Assembly: GCA_964407615.1 (NCBI GenBank)
Contig: CAYOWH010000007.1
Coordinates: 844-64,843, forward strand
Direction: 5' to 3'
DNA from: an uncultured Bacteriovoracaceae bacterium
GTDB taxonomy: Bacteria > Bdellovibrionota > UBA2428
Length of the DNA stretch: 64,000 nt
Shown here: positions 49,321-58,388 of the stretch, in pieces
Layout: each line of letters opens with the position of its first letter
Position numbering within the stretch: the first letter of the stretch is position 1
The notes under the pieces: model-generated
What the model was told of the DNA's origin: nothing
Databases searched by the model: none
The model's input: the letters and a program-made list of their open reading frames with translations, nothing else
Made by a program: the position numbers and the translations under genes

Positions 49321-49454
49321 GTCATTTTTTCTAAGAAACCCCTAAAAGCGTCAAAAAATGCGACGCAACAAACGCCATTCTAATGGCATAAAACAATTGT
49401 TTTTACGCACCTGATCGATAGACTTTATATAAGGGTATCAGGGAGGATTTTTTA

Positions 49455-50099
49455 ATGGGTAACTTAGGAGAAATTTTTCAACAGGGTGGCATATGGATGT
49501 ATTTTCTCTCTTTCTTGGGAGGAATTTGCGTTATTATCATGCTCGATCGAATCTATAATCTTTTTGTGAATTTCAATGTTGATAAGGAAAAGTTTGTAAA
49601 CAACGTTGAGAGATCTATTCTTGCAGGTGATCTCAACTCCGCAGTGAATTTTTGCAATGATCGTAAGTCTCCTTTGAATAACATTGTTAAAGCAGGTGTT
49701 ATTTCTGTGATGAACAAAGGGAAAGACGAAGAAGTTCAAACTGCAATGGATGTTGCAGCGCTTAGAGAAATTCCTAAAATTGAGCGACGAACTCCGTTCT
49801 TACCTCTTCTTGCAAACGTTGCAACGTTGATTGGTCTCTTGGCAACCATCTCTGGATTGATCAAATCCTTCAAAGGTGTAGCGGGTGTTGATCCTGCTCA
49901 AAAAACTGCACTTCTCGCAGAAGGTGTTTCTGAAGCGATGATTGGTACAGCTTTTGGTTTGATTATAGCAATTCCAACGCTTGTTGTTTCTGGATGGCTC
50001 ACAGCTAAAACTCAGCAGATTTTAGATGACATTCATGAAATCAGTGTTGCGACTTTGAATCTCATCATTCAAAACCGCGATAAGTTTCCTACTAAATAA
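49455..50099 (+). CDS. MotA/TolQ/ExbB proton channel protein
   Basis: GLLATISG, GVSEAMIGTAFGLIIAIP; three TM segments; SD GGGAGG. Confidence 0.9.
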   Translation: MGNLGEIFQQGGIWMYFLSFLGGICVIIMLDRIYNLFVNFNVDKEKFVNNVERSILAGDLNSAVNFCNDRKSPLNNIVKAGVISVMNKGKDEEVQTAMDVAALREIPKIERRTPFLPLLANVATLIGLLATISGLIKSFKGVAGVDPAQKTALLAEGVSEAMIGTAFGLIIAIPTLVVSGWLTAKTQQILDDIHEISVATLNLIIQNRDKFPTK

Positions 50100-50135
50100 T
50101 TTTAAAAGTTTTCGCTACGAAGTGAGGGGGGAATT

Positions 50136-50606
50136 GTGAGAATAACTGGTGAAGGATCCGCATCAAATCGCAGGGAGTTGTCTTCTGATCTAAACCTCAC
50201 TTCGTTTGTCGATATTTTGTCGATGTTATTGTTCTTTCTTGTTTTTAACATGGCCGCTAATGAGCTTGCTCAAATTCAAATGAAGATGGGTTCTGATAAA
50301 GCCGCTCCAACAGCTGTCCCTGAAACCGTAAAAGAAGTTGTTGCAGAGGTTAAAATTTTAGTAACTCCCAATGTGGTTGAGCTTTGGGAAAGGGGCAACG
50401 TTAAAAAATTATCCTACACAGCTGAGGCAGATTTTGATTGGGCTCCTGTAGACGAATTTTTAAAAAGAGTAAGAACAAATTATCCTACAAAAAAAGATAT
50501 TATTGTTCAGAGTCGAGATGCTGTTTCTTACGGCATGGTTGTCAAAGCTTTAGATTATTCTCTAGGTAATGAATTTAAAGAGCCCATTGTGATGGGAGTT
50601 GAATAA
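50136..50606 (+). CDS. ExbD/TolR family protein
   Basis: LNLTSFVDILSMLLFF with conserved TM Asp. Confidence 0.87.
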   Translation: MRITGEGSASNRRELSSDLNLTSFVDILSMLLFFLVFNMAANELAQIQMKMGSDKAAPTAVPETVKEVVAEVKILVTPNVVELWERGNVKKLSYTAEADFDWAPVDEFLKRVRTNYPTKKDIIVQSRDAVSYGMVVKALDYSLGNEFKEPIVMGVE

Positions 50607-50615
50607 GGAAATTTT

Positions 50616-51203
50616 ATGGGCGTAAAGATTCCATCGTATAAACTTCGTTCCCCAAAAGATCTCAAGGAAATGCGTTATCGCCTCAAGGGCCACGGTCGTC
50701 GTAGGGGTCATATGACGGATCATTTAACGCTCACTTCCTTGATCGACATGTTTGCTACCTTGATTTTCTTTTTAATTCAAACTTTTGGGACTTCTGGAGA
50801 TTGGGATTTTACTAACCCAGCAATTGAAATTCCAGCTTCTCAATACGCAATGATGCTCAAGCGTGCTCCCATTATTACAATCATGAGAGACAAAGTCACT
50901 CTTGAAGGGGGCGAAAAGGATGCTGACAGTAACCTCGCTCTAGGAGAAAAGCTTGAAGAAACAGATTGGGAACTCCCAAAACTCAAAGAAAAACTCTTAT
51001 CTTATAAAAAGTTTTTTGAAAGTATTCATGCCGATGTGAAGTATCCTCCTGAGGTTATTTTACAAGCTGATAAACAGCTTGAGTTTATGTATGTGAAGCG
51101 CGTCCTCTTTACTCTCACTAAAATGGGTTTTTCAAATGTTAACCTTGCTGTACGTGGTAAGGCTAATGTTATGAAAGACGACACTAAAGATATTGGTAAC
51201 TAA
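50616..51203 (+). CDS. ExbD/TolR family protein (second copy)
   Basis: LTSLIDMFATLIFF with conserved Asp; ILQADK. Confidence 0.87.
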   Translation: MGVKIPSYKLRSPKDLKEMRYRLKGHGRRRGHMTDHLTLTSLIDMFATLIFFLIQTFGTSGDWDFTNPAIEIPASQYAMMLKRAPIITIMRDKVTLEGGEKDADSNLALGEKLEETDWELPKLKEKLLSYKKFFESIHADVKYPPEVILQADKQLEFMYVKRVLFTLTKMGFSNVNLAVRGKANVMKDDTKDIGN

Positions 51204-51206
51204 GGT

Positions 51207-54143
51207 CTAATTTTTCTTCGGCTTGAAGAAAGGTTTCTTCTCTTCCACTTTAATATCTGGGTTTTTGTAAATCGGTATCATTTGATAGATTGCCTCATTG
51301 TTTTTTGTTTCTATCTTACAAAGTTTAATTTGATCAGATAATTCTTTTTCAAATGCGTCGTACAAGTCATTCAAGGCTTGCAGTCTATCCTTGAGATGAA
51401 AGAATGTTTCATCAATCTTTTTTGCGTGTTCGTTATCAAATTTAGATTTGGTTTCGTGTATCCACTGGTTTAGTTGAGAAAGGCTCGATTTTCTTCTCTC
51501 TTGTTGAGCTATTAAAAAGTCAGATTTATTTTTTTGAAAATTTATTTCGTCGCTCTGAATATAATCTTTGAAAGCTTTTTGAATGTTTAAGGATGTGTCG
51601 GCAGTTTCGTTGCTCATCCAACCTAAAAGAGGTTTTTCCTTTTCTATTGTAAACAGTTTCCATGCTTCATGAAGGCTGCTTTCTTTAAGTCTCTTAATGT
51701 AAGCTGTGATTCGAGAATCACTTTTAATGCTTTCTAGAATTCCTTGGTTTTTTTCAATTTCTTTTTCCTTACGGTCTAAATCCGCATACGTTTTTTTCAT
51801 CTTTTGAATATCTTCGGGCCTACCGATGGAATTACTCGCAGTGGCTTTTTCGTAATTTGTTTTGAGGACTTCTAGAACGTAGGAATTTAAATCCTTGAGG
51901 ATTGTATTTGTCCCTCTATCTATGTCTCCAAATTCTTTACAGGCATCTTTTCGTCTTTCATCATTAATGCTTCCAAAATATTTACTTCCACTATTTTGAT
52001 AAACTTTTAATGCAAGATTTGAATGAAGAGGAAGGCAAAATTGTTGGATGTATGCAAAGTCTTCAATCGCAGAGAGTGTTGATGTGTGATTGCTTTTATT
52101 TTGAAAAGTGTTTCTCATCCTTTTAAGGAGTTCACCTGCAATTTTTTTTATGTCTTCCTCGCTTGATCCGGGCAAAAAACTTTTTAGCTTGCAGTCTGAG
52201 GTTATTTTTGTGAGTGCCATTTGAGTCACTTCAGGGCTCTTGTTATTTTTTGCTTTTGCATAAATCATATTTGAAATGGCCCCGTGATAATATCTTCCGG
52301 AGGGACTTGAGATATGGCTTTGGTCAAAGGACATTTGAGAAGTTCCCCAGTTTGTTTGCTTGTCAAAGTGATGGCCTAAAAAATCTTTCTTTTGTTTTTC
52401 TTGTCTTTCCTTAAATATTTTTTGAATTTCTTTAAGATCGATTTTTACGTCATTTTCATTAGGTCGGATATAAGTTGTACCCTGTTTTTCTTTTCCGTGA
52501 GATGAGTGAAAGTAAACTCTACCGTTTGATTCGTAACAAGAAAGAACAAATTTTGTATGAGTTGCTTTCGATAAATTTTCGATGAAATTGTTGAGCTTTT
52601 TTTTGGCTTCAGGTGAATCAGGTGATTTGTCATTTAGAATAAACGTTTCTGTCCAAAAAGAAATAATTTCATCGATGTGTGTTTGAAGTAGAACATTTCT
52701 TAATCGAGGCTCCCAAATAGGGTTTAGTTTTGAGGAATGTTTTGTTGAATATTTTTGGGCAACTTTATCAGATTGTTCTAGGTCTTTGCCTTTAAGGGCT
52801 TCAGTCGTTTCTTTTATGAACTTATTTATATCTTCTTTTTCTTTTCGTATTGTATCTGAATTTTCTTCTGGATATAAATTTAACTCAGATCCGAAGAAGG
52901 CTGTTTCCATCTGATCTTTAAGATCTTGAAATTTCTCCTCATATTTTTTTTCTAGATTCTTTTTAATTGCACGACAGCTGTTGAGTGAAATGTTTTTTTC
53001 TTTACCTTGAGGTGTTGGGTCTACTCCGTAGTGTATTTGATCTATGATGCCTCTTCCTTTGATCACCTTTTCTGGGTCACAGGGAAACTTTTCACTTTTA
53101 AGGATTTTTTTTGATATTACCCACTGCTGAAGTTTTATGTCCTCTGATCTTATTTTTGAATATTTTTGTATGAGTGTATCTTCTTGGCTTGAAATGGCAC
53201 CTTTGCTCAGGGGGATGTTCAGGTTTTGCTTATCCTTTTCAAAGTTTTCTAAAAGATTATTAAATCGAATTTCGTATTCATTTCTACTTTCTTGTTTTAT
53301 TTCTTTTCTTTTAACGGACTCATCCAGTTCTTTTTGAAAGGCAATCTTCCATTCCTCATGAGAAAATTCTTCGCTTTTTATACGATCTCCCACGTACCAC
53401 AAGGTGAGGGGAGGTGTTTTCCAGTCTTTTTCGTCGCAACCAATAGACTGCGCAACATGGTAAGCTAAAACATCCAGGGGAGGGTGTTGATTGTCGTCTA
53501 ATTTAGAGGACAGGGCATCTTTTTCGTAAGTGCTAAAGGCGTTTTCTGGATTATCAGGATTGAGAGGGCAAAGATTTTTTATTTTTTTGGGATATTTATC
53601 TTTCCATTTATTTAATTTATCAATTTTTGTTTTGTATTTAAGATAAGATTTTCTGTACTCCTCAGGTGGAAGGGGTGAGATGTGATATTTTTTTCCTTCC
53701 TCTTCGAAGGGCTTGAGAATATCTTTAAGAATTATCTTAAATTCTTCACGTTCGTTTTTATAAACGTTTAGGTCCTCTGAGTTTGCAGGTTTTTTGTCTC
53801 GATTCCAAAAAACAAATTCCGTTAAGTCATTTTTGAATTTGTAAGACTTTTCAAAAATTCGATCGATTCCGTTGAGAAAGCTTTCCAGCGTATATTTTTT
53901 ATTTTGTAAGTCTTTACCAATTTCCCAAAGATATTTGTCGGTATCCCAAACTTCTTGATCTCCATTTATTTTTTTACATCCAAGGTGACTTATAAAATAA
54001 TGGGGTTTTTCGTCTTCAGCCAACTGCTCAGAATAAGCACGAAAAGGAATGGCCTCTTTTTGTGGATATTTGTGGGTTTCTTCTGCATACAGAGATGCCC
54101 TCAAACACAATGTTAAAAATAGGTTAAGACGTGCTCGTAACAC
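51207..54143 (-). CDS. Large Lys/Glu-rich hypothetical protein, possibly exported
   Basis: 978-codon ORF; signal-like N-terminus (LYA); no family recognised; start uncertain. Confidence 0.72.
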   Translation of the reverse strand: MLRARLNLFLTLCLRASLYAEETHKYPQKEAIPFRAYSEQLAEDEKPHYFISHLGCKKINGDQEVWDTDKYLWEIGKDLQNKKYTLESFLNGIDRIFEKSYKFKNDLTEFVFWNRDKKPANSEDLNVYKNEREEFKIILKDILKPFEEEGKKYHISPLPPEEYRKSYLKYKTKIDKLNKWKDKYPKKIKNLCPLNPDNPENAFSTYEKDALSSKLDDNQHPPLDVLAYHVAQSIGCDEKDWKTPPLTLWYVGDRIKSEEFSHEEWKIAFQKELDESVKRKEIKQESRNEYEIRFNNLLENFEKDKQNLNIPLSKGAISSQEDTLIQKYSKIRSEDIKLQQWVISKKILKSEKFPCDPEKVIKGRGIIDQIHYGVDPTPQGKEKNISLNSCRAIKKNLEKKYEEKFQDLKDQMETAFFGSELNLYPEENSDTIRKEKEDINKFIKETTEALKGKDLEQSDKVAQKYSTKHSSKLNPIWEPRLRNVLLQTHIDEIISFWTETFILNDKSPDSPEAKKKLNNFIENLSKATHTKFVLSCYESNGRVYFHSSHGKEKQGTTYIRPNENDVKIDLKEIQKIFKERQEKQKKDFLGHHFDKQTNWGTSQMSFDQSHISSPSGRYYHGAISNMIYAKAKNNKSPEVTQMALTKITSDCKLKSFLPGSSEEDIKKIAGELLKRMRNTFQNKSNHTSTLSAIEDFAYIQQFCLPLHSNLALKVYQNSGSKYFGSINDERRKDACKEFGDIDRGTNTILKDLNSYVLEVLKTNYEKATASNSIGRPEDIQKMKKTYADLDRKEKEIEKNQGILESIKSDSRITAYIKRLKESSLHEAWKLFTIEKEKPLLGWMSNETADTSLNIQKAFKDYIQSDEINFQKNKSDFLIAQQERRKSSLSQLNQWIHETKSKFDNEHAKKIDETFFHLKDRLQALNDLYDAFEKELSDQIKLCKIETKNNEAIYQMIPIYKNPDIKVEEKKPFFKPKKN

Positions 54144-54199
54144 TCTAAAAATATTCGGTATTTTAACGGGTCAATTAATAAAAAATCGAAATAATTTAT

Positions 54200-54769
54200 T
54201 TATTTTTTCTGAGAATTTATTTTTGAGGCAAGCGTAGCTGCCAAAGTAGATTTAATGATGTCACCAGGAATGAAAGGAAGAACACCTTTGGCAAAAAGGC
54301 TTCCAAGTGGCAGAAAATTGGCAAGAACGATAACTCCAAAAGTATAAACGCAGAGGCTTCCGAGGGCGCAAGTTAAAAGAGTTTTTGAGAAACTTCGAGA
54401 CCATCCCTTGTCAGAAAGTGTTCCTATAACAAAAGAAGAAACGCACATTCCTACCAGATATCCAGAAGAAGCAGCTGTGAGTCCATGGTGGCCTTGAGCA
54501 AATATGGGAAGTCCCGCAGCTCCTAGGGCGACATAGGAAACAACGCTACTGAGTCCCCAGCGCCTACCCATCATCAAGCTAAGAAAGGCAACTCCAAAGG
54601 TCTGGCCAGTTATAGGTACGGGAGTGAAGGGCAGGGGAATTGCAACTTGTGCGAGGGCGCTTAAAAAAATTATACCACCTACGACAGCCGCAACTTTAAA
54701 GGCAAGACGATTTTGATTTTCGATCCAAAGTCCAAGAACGGGTTTTGTTTGAGGAGTGCTCATCAGCAT
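54200..54769 (-). CDS. bioY: Biotin transporter BioY
   Basis: PFTPVPITGQTF, GAAGLPIFA, SGYLVG, LPFIPGDIIK. Confidence 0.93.
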   Translation of the reverse strand: MLMSTPQTKPVLGLWIENQNRLAFKVAAVVGGIIFLSALAQVAIPLPFTPVPITGQTFGVAFLSLMMGRRWGLSSVVSYVALGAAGLPIFAQGHHGLTAASSGYLVGMCVSSFVIGTLSDKGWSRSFSKTLLTCALGSLCVYTFGVIVLANFLPLGSLFAKGVLPFIPGDIIKSTLAATLASKINSQKK

Positions 54770-54847
54770 ATATAAACTTAGTAGCTCTAAGCTCCCAAAA
54801 AGTCACTCGTGAAAGTTGTCTAAGTCCGCTATAGTGACACCAATTAT

Positions 54848-55417
54848 ATGGCTGAACGCGTTACGGTTGATCTTGAGTTTACTCCTAATCCAAATTCTCT
54901 CAAATATATTACGAATCCACCACTCCTCGAAAAAGGAGCCATAAATTTTAAAGATAAAGCAAGTGTCCAGGGGCGTTCTCCTTTGGCAGAAATTCTTTTT
55001 GCTTTGGAGGGCGTTCAGGCAGTGATGGTTGGGCAAAATTTTGTAACCGTTAACATTGCAAGTTTTGATCGATTAACTGAACTAAATGATGAAATCATGG
55101 CGGCACTTAAAGGTTTTTTGGAATCAGGACAAAAAGCTGTAAGCATAGAAATTCAAGTCGAAAGTCAAAGCACTTCCTATGAGTCACTTTCTGAAATTGA
55201 AAAAAAAATTGTAGAAATTTTGGATAAAGAAATTCGTCCGAGCGTTGCCATGGATGGCGGAGACATAACTTTTGAAAAATACGAAGATGGCATTTTGTTT
55301 CTTCATATGAAAGGAGCCTGCGCAGGCTGTCCGTCTTCGACGATGACTTTAAAGATGGGAATTGAAAATCGAATCCGTCAGATTATTCCCGATCTTATTG
55401 ATGTCGTTGCTGTGTGA
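54848..55417 (+). CDS. NifU/NfuA-family Fe-S carrier (Nfu_N + NifU_C)
   Basis: TPNPNSLKY; IRPSVAMDGGDI; GACAGCPSS CxxC. Confidence 0.92.
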   Translation: MAERVTVDLEFTPNPNSLKYITNPPLLEKGAINFKDKASVQGRSPLAEILFALEGVQAVMVGQNFVTVNIASFDRLTELNDEIMAALKGFLESGQKAVSIEIQVESQSTSYESLSEIEKKIVEILDKEIRPSVAMDGGDITFEKYEDGILFLHMKGACAGCPSSTMTLKMGIENRIRQIIPDLIDVVAV

Positions 55418-55418
55418 A

Positions 55419-55601
55419 TTAAATCGTTTTCTTAGGGGGTCGTCCCGAAAAAAGACCAATCAATCCGCTGATGACTGCTAAGACAAGAAAAACCCAAACG
55501 TAGGTTTGACTAATGTTTAGATTCATTCCCGCAATTCCGTTTGCTCCAAACAACATCGCAATGAGGGCAAGTACAAAAAAAATTAACGCTGCTTTTAACA
55601 T
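55419..55601 (-). CDS. DUF1328 family small membrane protein (60 aa)
   Basis: SD GAAGGAG before ATG 55601; MLKAALIFFVLALIAMLFG pattern with two TM segments. Confidence 0.85.
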   Translation of the reverse strand: MLKAALIFFVLALIAMLFGANGIAGMNLNISQTYVWVFLVLAVISGLIGLFSGRPPKKTI

Positions 55602-55632
55602 TTTTTTTCTCCTTCTTCTTAGAGTTTTAGAA

Positions 55633-55647
55633 GCAAGTCGTGTGCCA
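55633..55647 (-). promoter_or_regulatory. Sigma54 -24/-12 promoter of the DUF1328 gene
   Basis: Minus strand TGGCAC-ACGAC-TTGC, exact consensus spacing. Confidence 0.8.
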
Positions 55648-55755
55648 TTTGCGAATGTATTCTCATCGTGCATGTGAGCAAAACTGCCATATTGTGAGGT
55701 CAAAGAGGATGACTTGGGGGCAAATCACTACAAGGATTTGCAAAAGGAGTTGAGT

Positions 55756-56829
55756 ATGAAAAAAATAATTTTGTCGACAGATGATGATATCAAGTTGTCT
55801 GAAGATTTCTCTGAGCCTTCATTGATCGTAAAAAGTGAGAGCATGAAAGAACTTCTTCTGCTGGTGGAGCGTATTGCCCCAACGAATGCAAGTGTTCTTC
55901 TCACGGGAGAAAGTGGAACAGGTAAAGAAGTGATTGCGCGAAGTATTCATGAGCGAAGCTTGCGATCTTCAAAATCTTTTGTGGCGGTAAATTGTTCTGC
56001 GATTCCAGAAGCTCTTTTAGAAAGCGAGCTTTTTGGTCATGCAAAGGGTTCTTTTACGGGTGCAATCGATAAAAAGATTGGTCTTTTTGAAGAAGCCCAT
56101 CAGGGAACTTTGATGCTTGATGAAATAGGAGAGATGCCGCTTCCTCTTCAGGCCAAAATCTTAAGAGTCATTCAAGAGAGAAAAATTAAACGCGTTGGAG
56201 AAAATTCCATGCGAGATATTGATGTAAGGATTATAGCGGCGACTCACAGAAATTTGAACAAAATGGTTCAAGAGGGAAGTTTTCGGGAGGATTTATTTTT
56301 TCGTCTCAATGTCATACCTATTCACATTTCACCGCTTCGAGAACGTAAAGAAGATATTGTTCCACTGACTCGTTATTTTTTAAGAAGAAGCTGTCTTTCT
56401 AATCATTTAGAGCAAAAGTTTTTAAGTCCTGCAGCTCTCGAAAAGGTTTTGATGTCTGAGTGGAGAGGTAATGTGCGTGAACTTGAAAATACTTTAGAAA
56501 GAGCAGTTTTAATATCCGATGGGTCAATTATAGAGCCAGAATCTATTTCTCTTTCTCAGGGAGTTATGGCACAGGCGCCTTCTCTTTCATATCCTTCAGA
56601 AAACTCAAATGGTCATTTAAATGGTCATTCAAACGGGCATCAAAAAGCAGTTGTTCATTTTCCGCCCTCTCTTTCAAGTTTAATAACTATTGAACAAATG
56701 AATTTGCTTTATATTCACCATGTTTTAAACCTTGTCGGAAATGTGAGGGATCGTGCCGCAAAAATTCTAGGAATTGATCGTAAAACTTTATATCGAAAAT
56801 TAATCGAAGAGAGCAGGCAGCTTTCTTAA
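55756..56829 (+). CDS. Sigma54-dependent activator (AAA+ and Fis HTH) lacking an N-terminal sensor domain
   Basis: SD AAGGAG; GESGTGKE, ESELFGHAKGSFTGA, LDEIGE, WRGNVREL, LGIDRKTLYRK. Confidence 0.93.
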   Translation: MKKIILSTDDDIKLSEDFSEPSLIVKSESMKELLLLVERIAPTNASVLLTGESGTGKEVIARSIHERSLRSSKSFVAVNCSAIPEALLESELFGHAKGSFTGAIDKKIGLFEEAHQGTLMLDEIGEMPLPLQAKILRVIQERKIKRVGENSMRDIDVRIIAATHRNLNKMVQEGSFREDLFFRLNVIPIHISPLRERKEDIVPLTRYFLRRSCLSNHLEQKFLSPAALEKVLMSEWRGNVRELENTLERAVLISDGSIIEPESISLSQGVMAQAPSLSYPSENSNGHLNGHSNGHQKAVVHFPPSLSSLITIEQMNLLYIHHVLNLVGNVRDRAAKILGIDRKTLYRKLIEESRQLS

Positions 56830-57071
56830 TTTGAATTTGTAGATTTTTGAATAAAGATTGAAGGGATCAAGAGCTCTCGAGCTTCTTCACTTAAAAAATC
56901 AAACCACGCTGGGGGTTTTGCTTTTAAAAGTTCTTTTTCTTGTTGAGCTTGTAATAATTTTTCAGATCGACTGAATTTTAATTTTGAGATTTCTTTAGCT
57001 TTCAGCATTTCTAGATGTTCTTGGATATATAAACTCGAAATAAAACTTCTAAATCCTTTGTTGTTTTTCAC
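56826..57071 (-). CDS. Small hypothetical protein (81 aa)
   Basis: SD GGGGAG before GTG 57071; own sigma54 promoter. Confidence 0.65.
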   Translation of the reverse strand: MKNNKGFRSFISSLYIQEHLEMLKAKEISKLKFSRSEKLLQAQQEKELLKAKPPAWFDFLSEEARELLIPSIFIQKSTNSN

Positions 57072-57103
57072 GAAACACTCCCCTTTGCTCAATCTTTTTC
57101 AAA

Positions 57104-57118
57104 GCAAAGTGCGTGCCA
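57104..57118 (-). promoter_or_regulatory. Sigma54 -24/-12 promoter of the 81-aa gene
   Basis: Minus strand TTGGCACGCACTTTGCT, exact consensus spacing. Confidence 0.82.
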
Positions 57119-57219
57119 ATAAAATAAAATAAAACAACGGGTTTAACTTGTGTTTCGCTAAGTGCAACGGGGACAGAAAGCTCAACGTTCAGTCAATATG
57201 ACTCAAGATTGAGGAAGTT

Positions 57220-58308
57220 TTACCAAAATAAATTTACTCCGCTATTCAAGGCAATAGCATTTTTGCTGAGAGACTTGTGAAGTGTTGCCGATACAGAGCC
57301 AAATCCAAATTCAATTTGCGGTCCGAAAAAAAATCGAGGATTAATCAAGTCGGGGCCCTGGCTACCGTCAAGGCTAAGTTGACCTTCAGCGCTAATTCCA
57401 TTTCCGCCGTTTAGAGCGCTAATAGTGTTTCCGGGACTTAAGCTACCTGTTCCTGATGTGCTACCAAAACTAAGGTCTGCCCCAATTCCTCCAATTAATT
57501 TGAGCAAGTAAAATAACCTAACACCCGTAGATGCCTCTAGGGGAATTGAAAACGTTCTAACTTTTGCATTTAAAAGAGCTGAGGCGTTACTTACTGAAAC
57601 GTCAAAGGTTGTACCGCCTGTCTCGCTTTGGAAAGTGTCGTCCAATTGAATAGCTGCTGCTGCATCAAGTTTTGAATACATAAATCCTGTAGAGAGGTCG
57701 ATTCCAGTCCATTTAAGACTTCTCCTGCCCCAGTTTTTTTCGCTGATGAGTTTGTATTGAATCCCAACCCCTGCACCAAAGTATTTAGCTGTGACTTCGT
57801 TGAAGTTTCGATTCATGCCAAAGCCAGCGAGGTAAATATTTAAGGGATGGCTTTCGAGCCATGATGCGCTTAAAAAGTTTTTTGCACTTAATCCTAAAAT
57901 TATAGCGGCTTGAAAACCAAAACCTTTAAACTGCTCAGGATTTTTTGAAATTTTTTTAAAATCTGTAAAACTTTGGTTACCTAAATCAGCTCCTCCGCTG
58001 ACATTTAAGCCCAAAAGAAACTTTTCATAAACAGGAGCATAACAAGTTGTTACGCCTGCAGTGGAAAGAGTGTTTGCATTTGACATTCCCTTGAAAAAAT
58101 CAGCTTGGCTGTCAGCAGAGGGAAGCTTTTTGTTGATTTCCTCGGAAACAAGAGTTGCAAGAGTCATGTTGCCGCCTCCAGGCACCCCTGTTCCAACGGA
58201 AGTGATGTTGGTCAAGTTGAAGAGGCCAGCGTAACTATGAGAGGTGATGCAAAGAGAAGTGATACAAAAAAAGAAGGCAAATAAAATTTTATGAGCTGAA
58301 TTTTTCAT
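57220..58308 (-). CDS. Exported protein, probable outer-membrane beta-barrel
   Basis: Signal peptide (SYA); alternating beta-strand patterns; C-terminal GVNLFW. Confidence 0.65.
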   Translation of the reverse strand: MKNSAHKILFAFFFCITSLCITSHSYAGLFNLTNITSVGTGVPGGGNMTLATLVSEEINKKLPSADSQADFFKGMSNANTLSTAGVTTCYAPVYEKFLLGLNVSGGADLGNQSFTDFKKISKNPEQFKGFGFQAAIILGLSAKNFLSASWLESHPLNIYLAGFGMNRNFNEVTAKYFGAGVGIQYKLISEKNWGRRSLKWTGIDLSTGFMYSKLDAAAAIQLDDTFQSETGGTTFDVSVSNASALLNAKVRTFSIPLEASTGVRLFYLLKLIGGIGADLSFGSTSGTGSLSPGNTISALNGGNGISAEGQLSLDGSQGPDLINPRFFFGPQIEFGFGSVSATLHKSLSKNAIALNSGVNLFW

Positions 58309-58388
58309 TCATTCTATTTTTAACATTCTTTTTAGATTGAATCCAAAGTGAAAGTTTGTAAGTTTCCAAGTTGGCGCAATTGGTTAAA

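Noticed and set aside
49384-49400. TGGCAT as a sigma54 promoter for the tolQ-like operon
   Set aside because: No GC at the -12 position.
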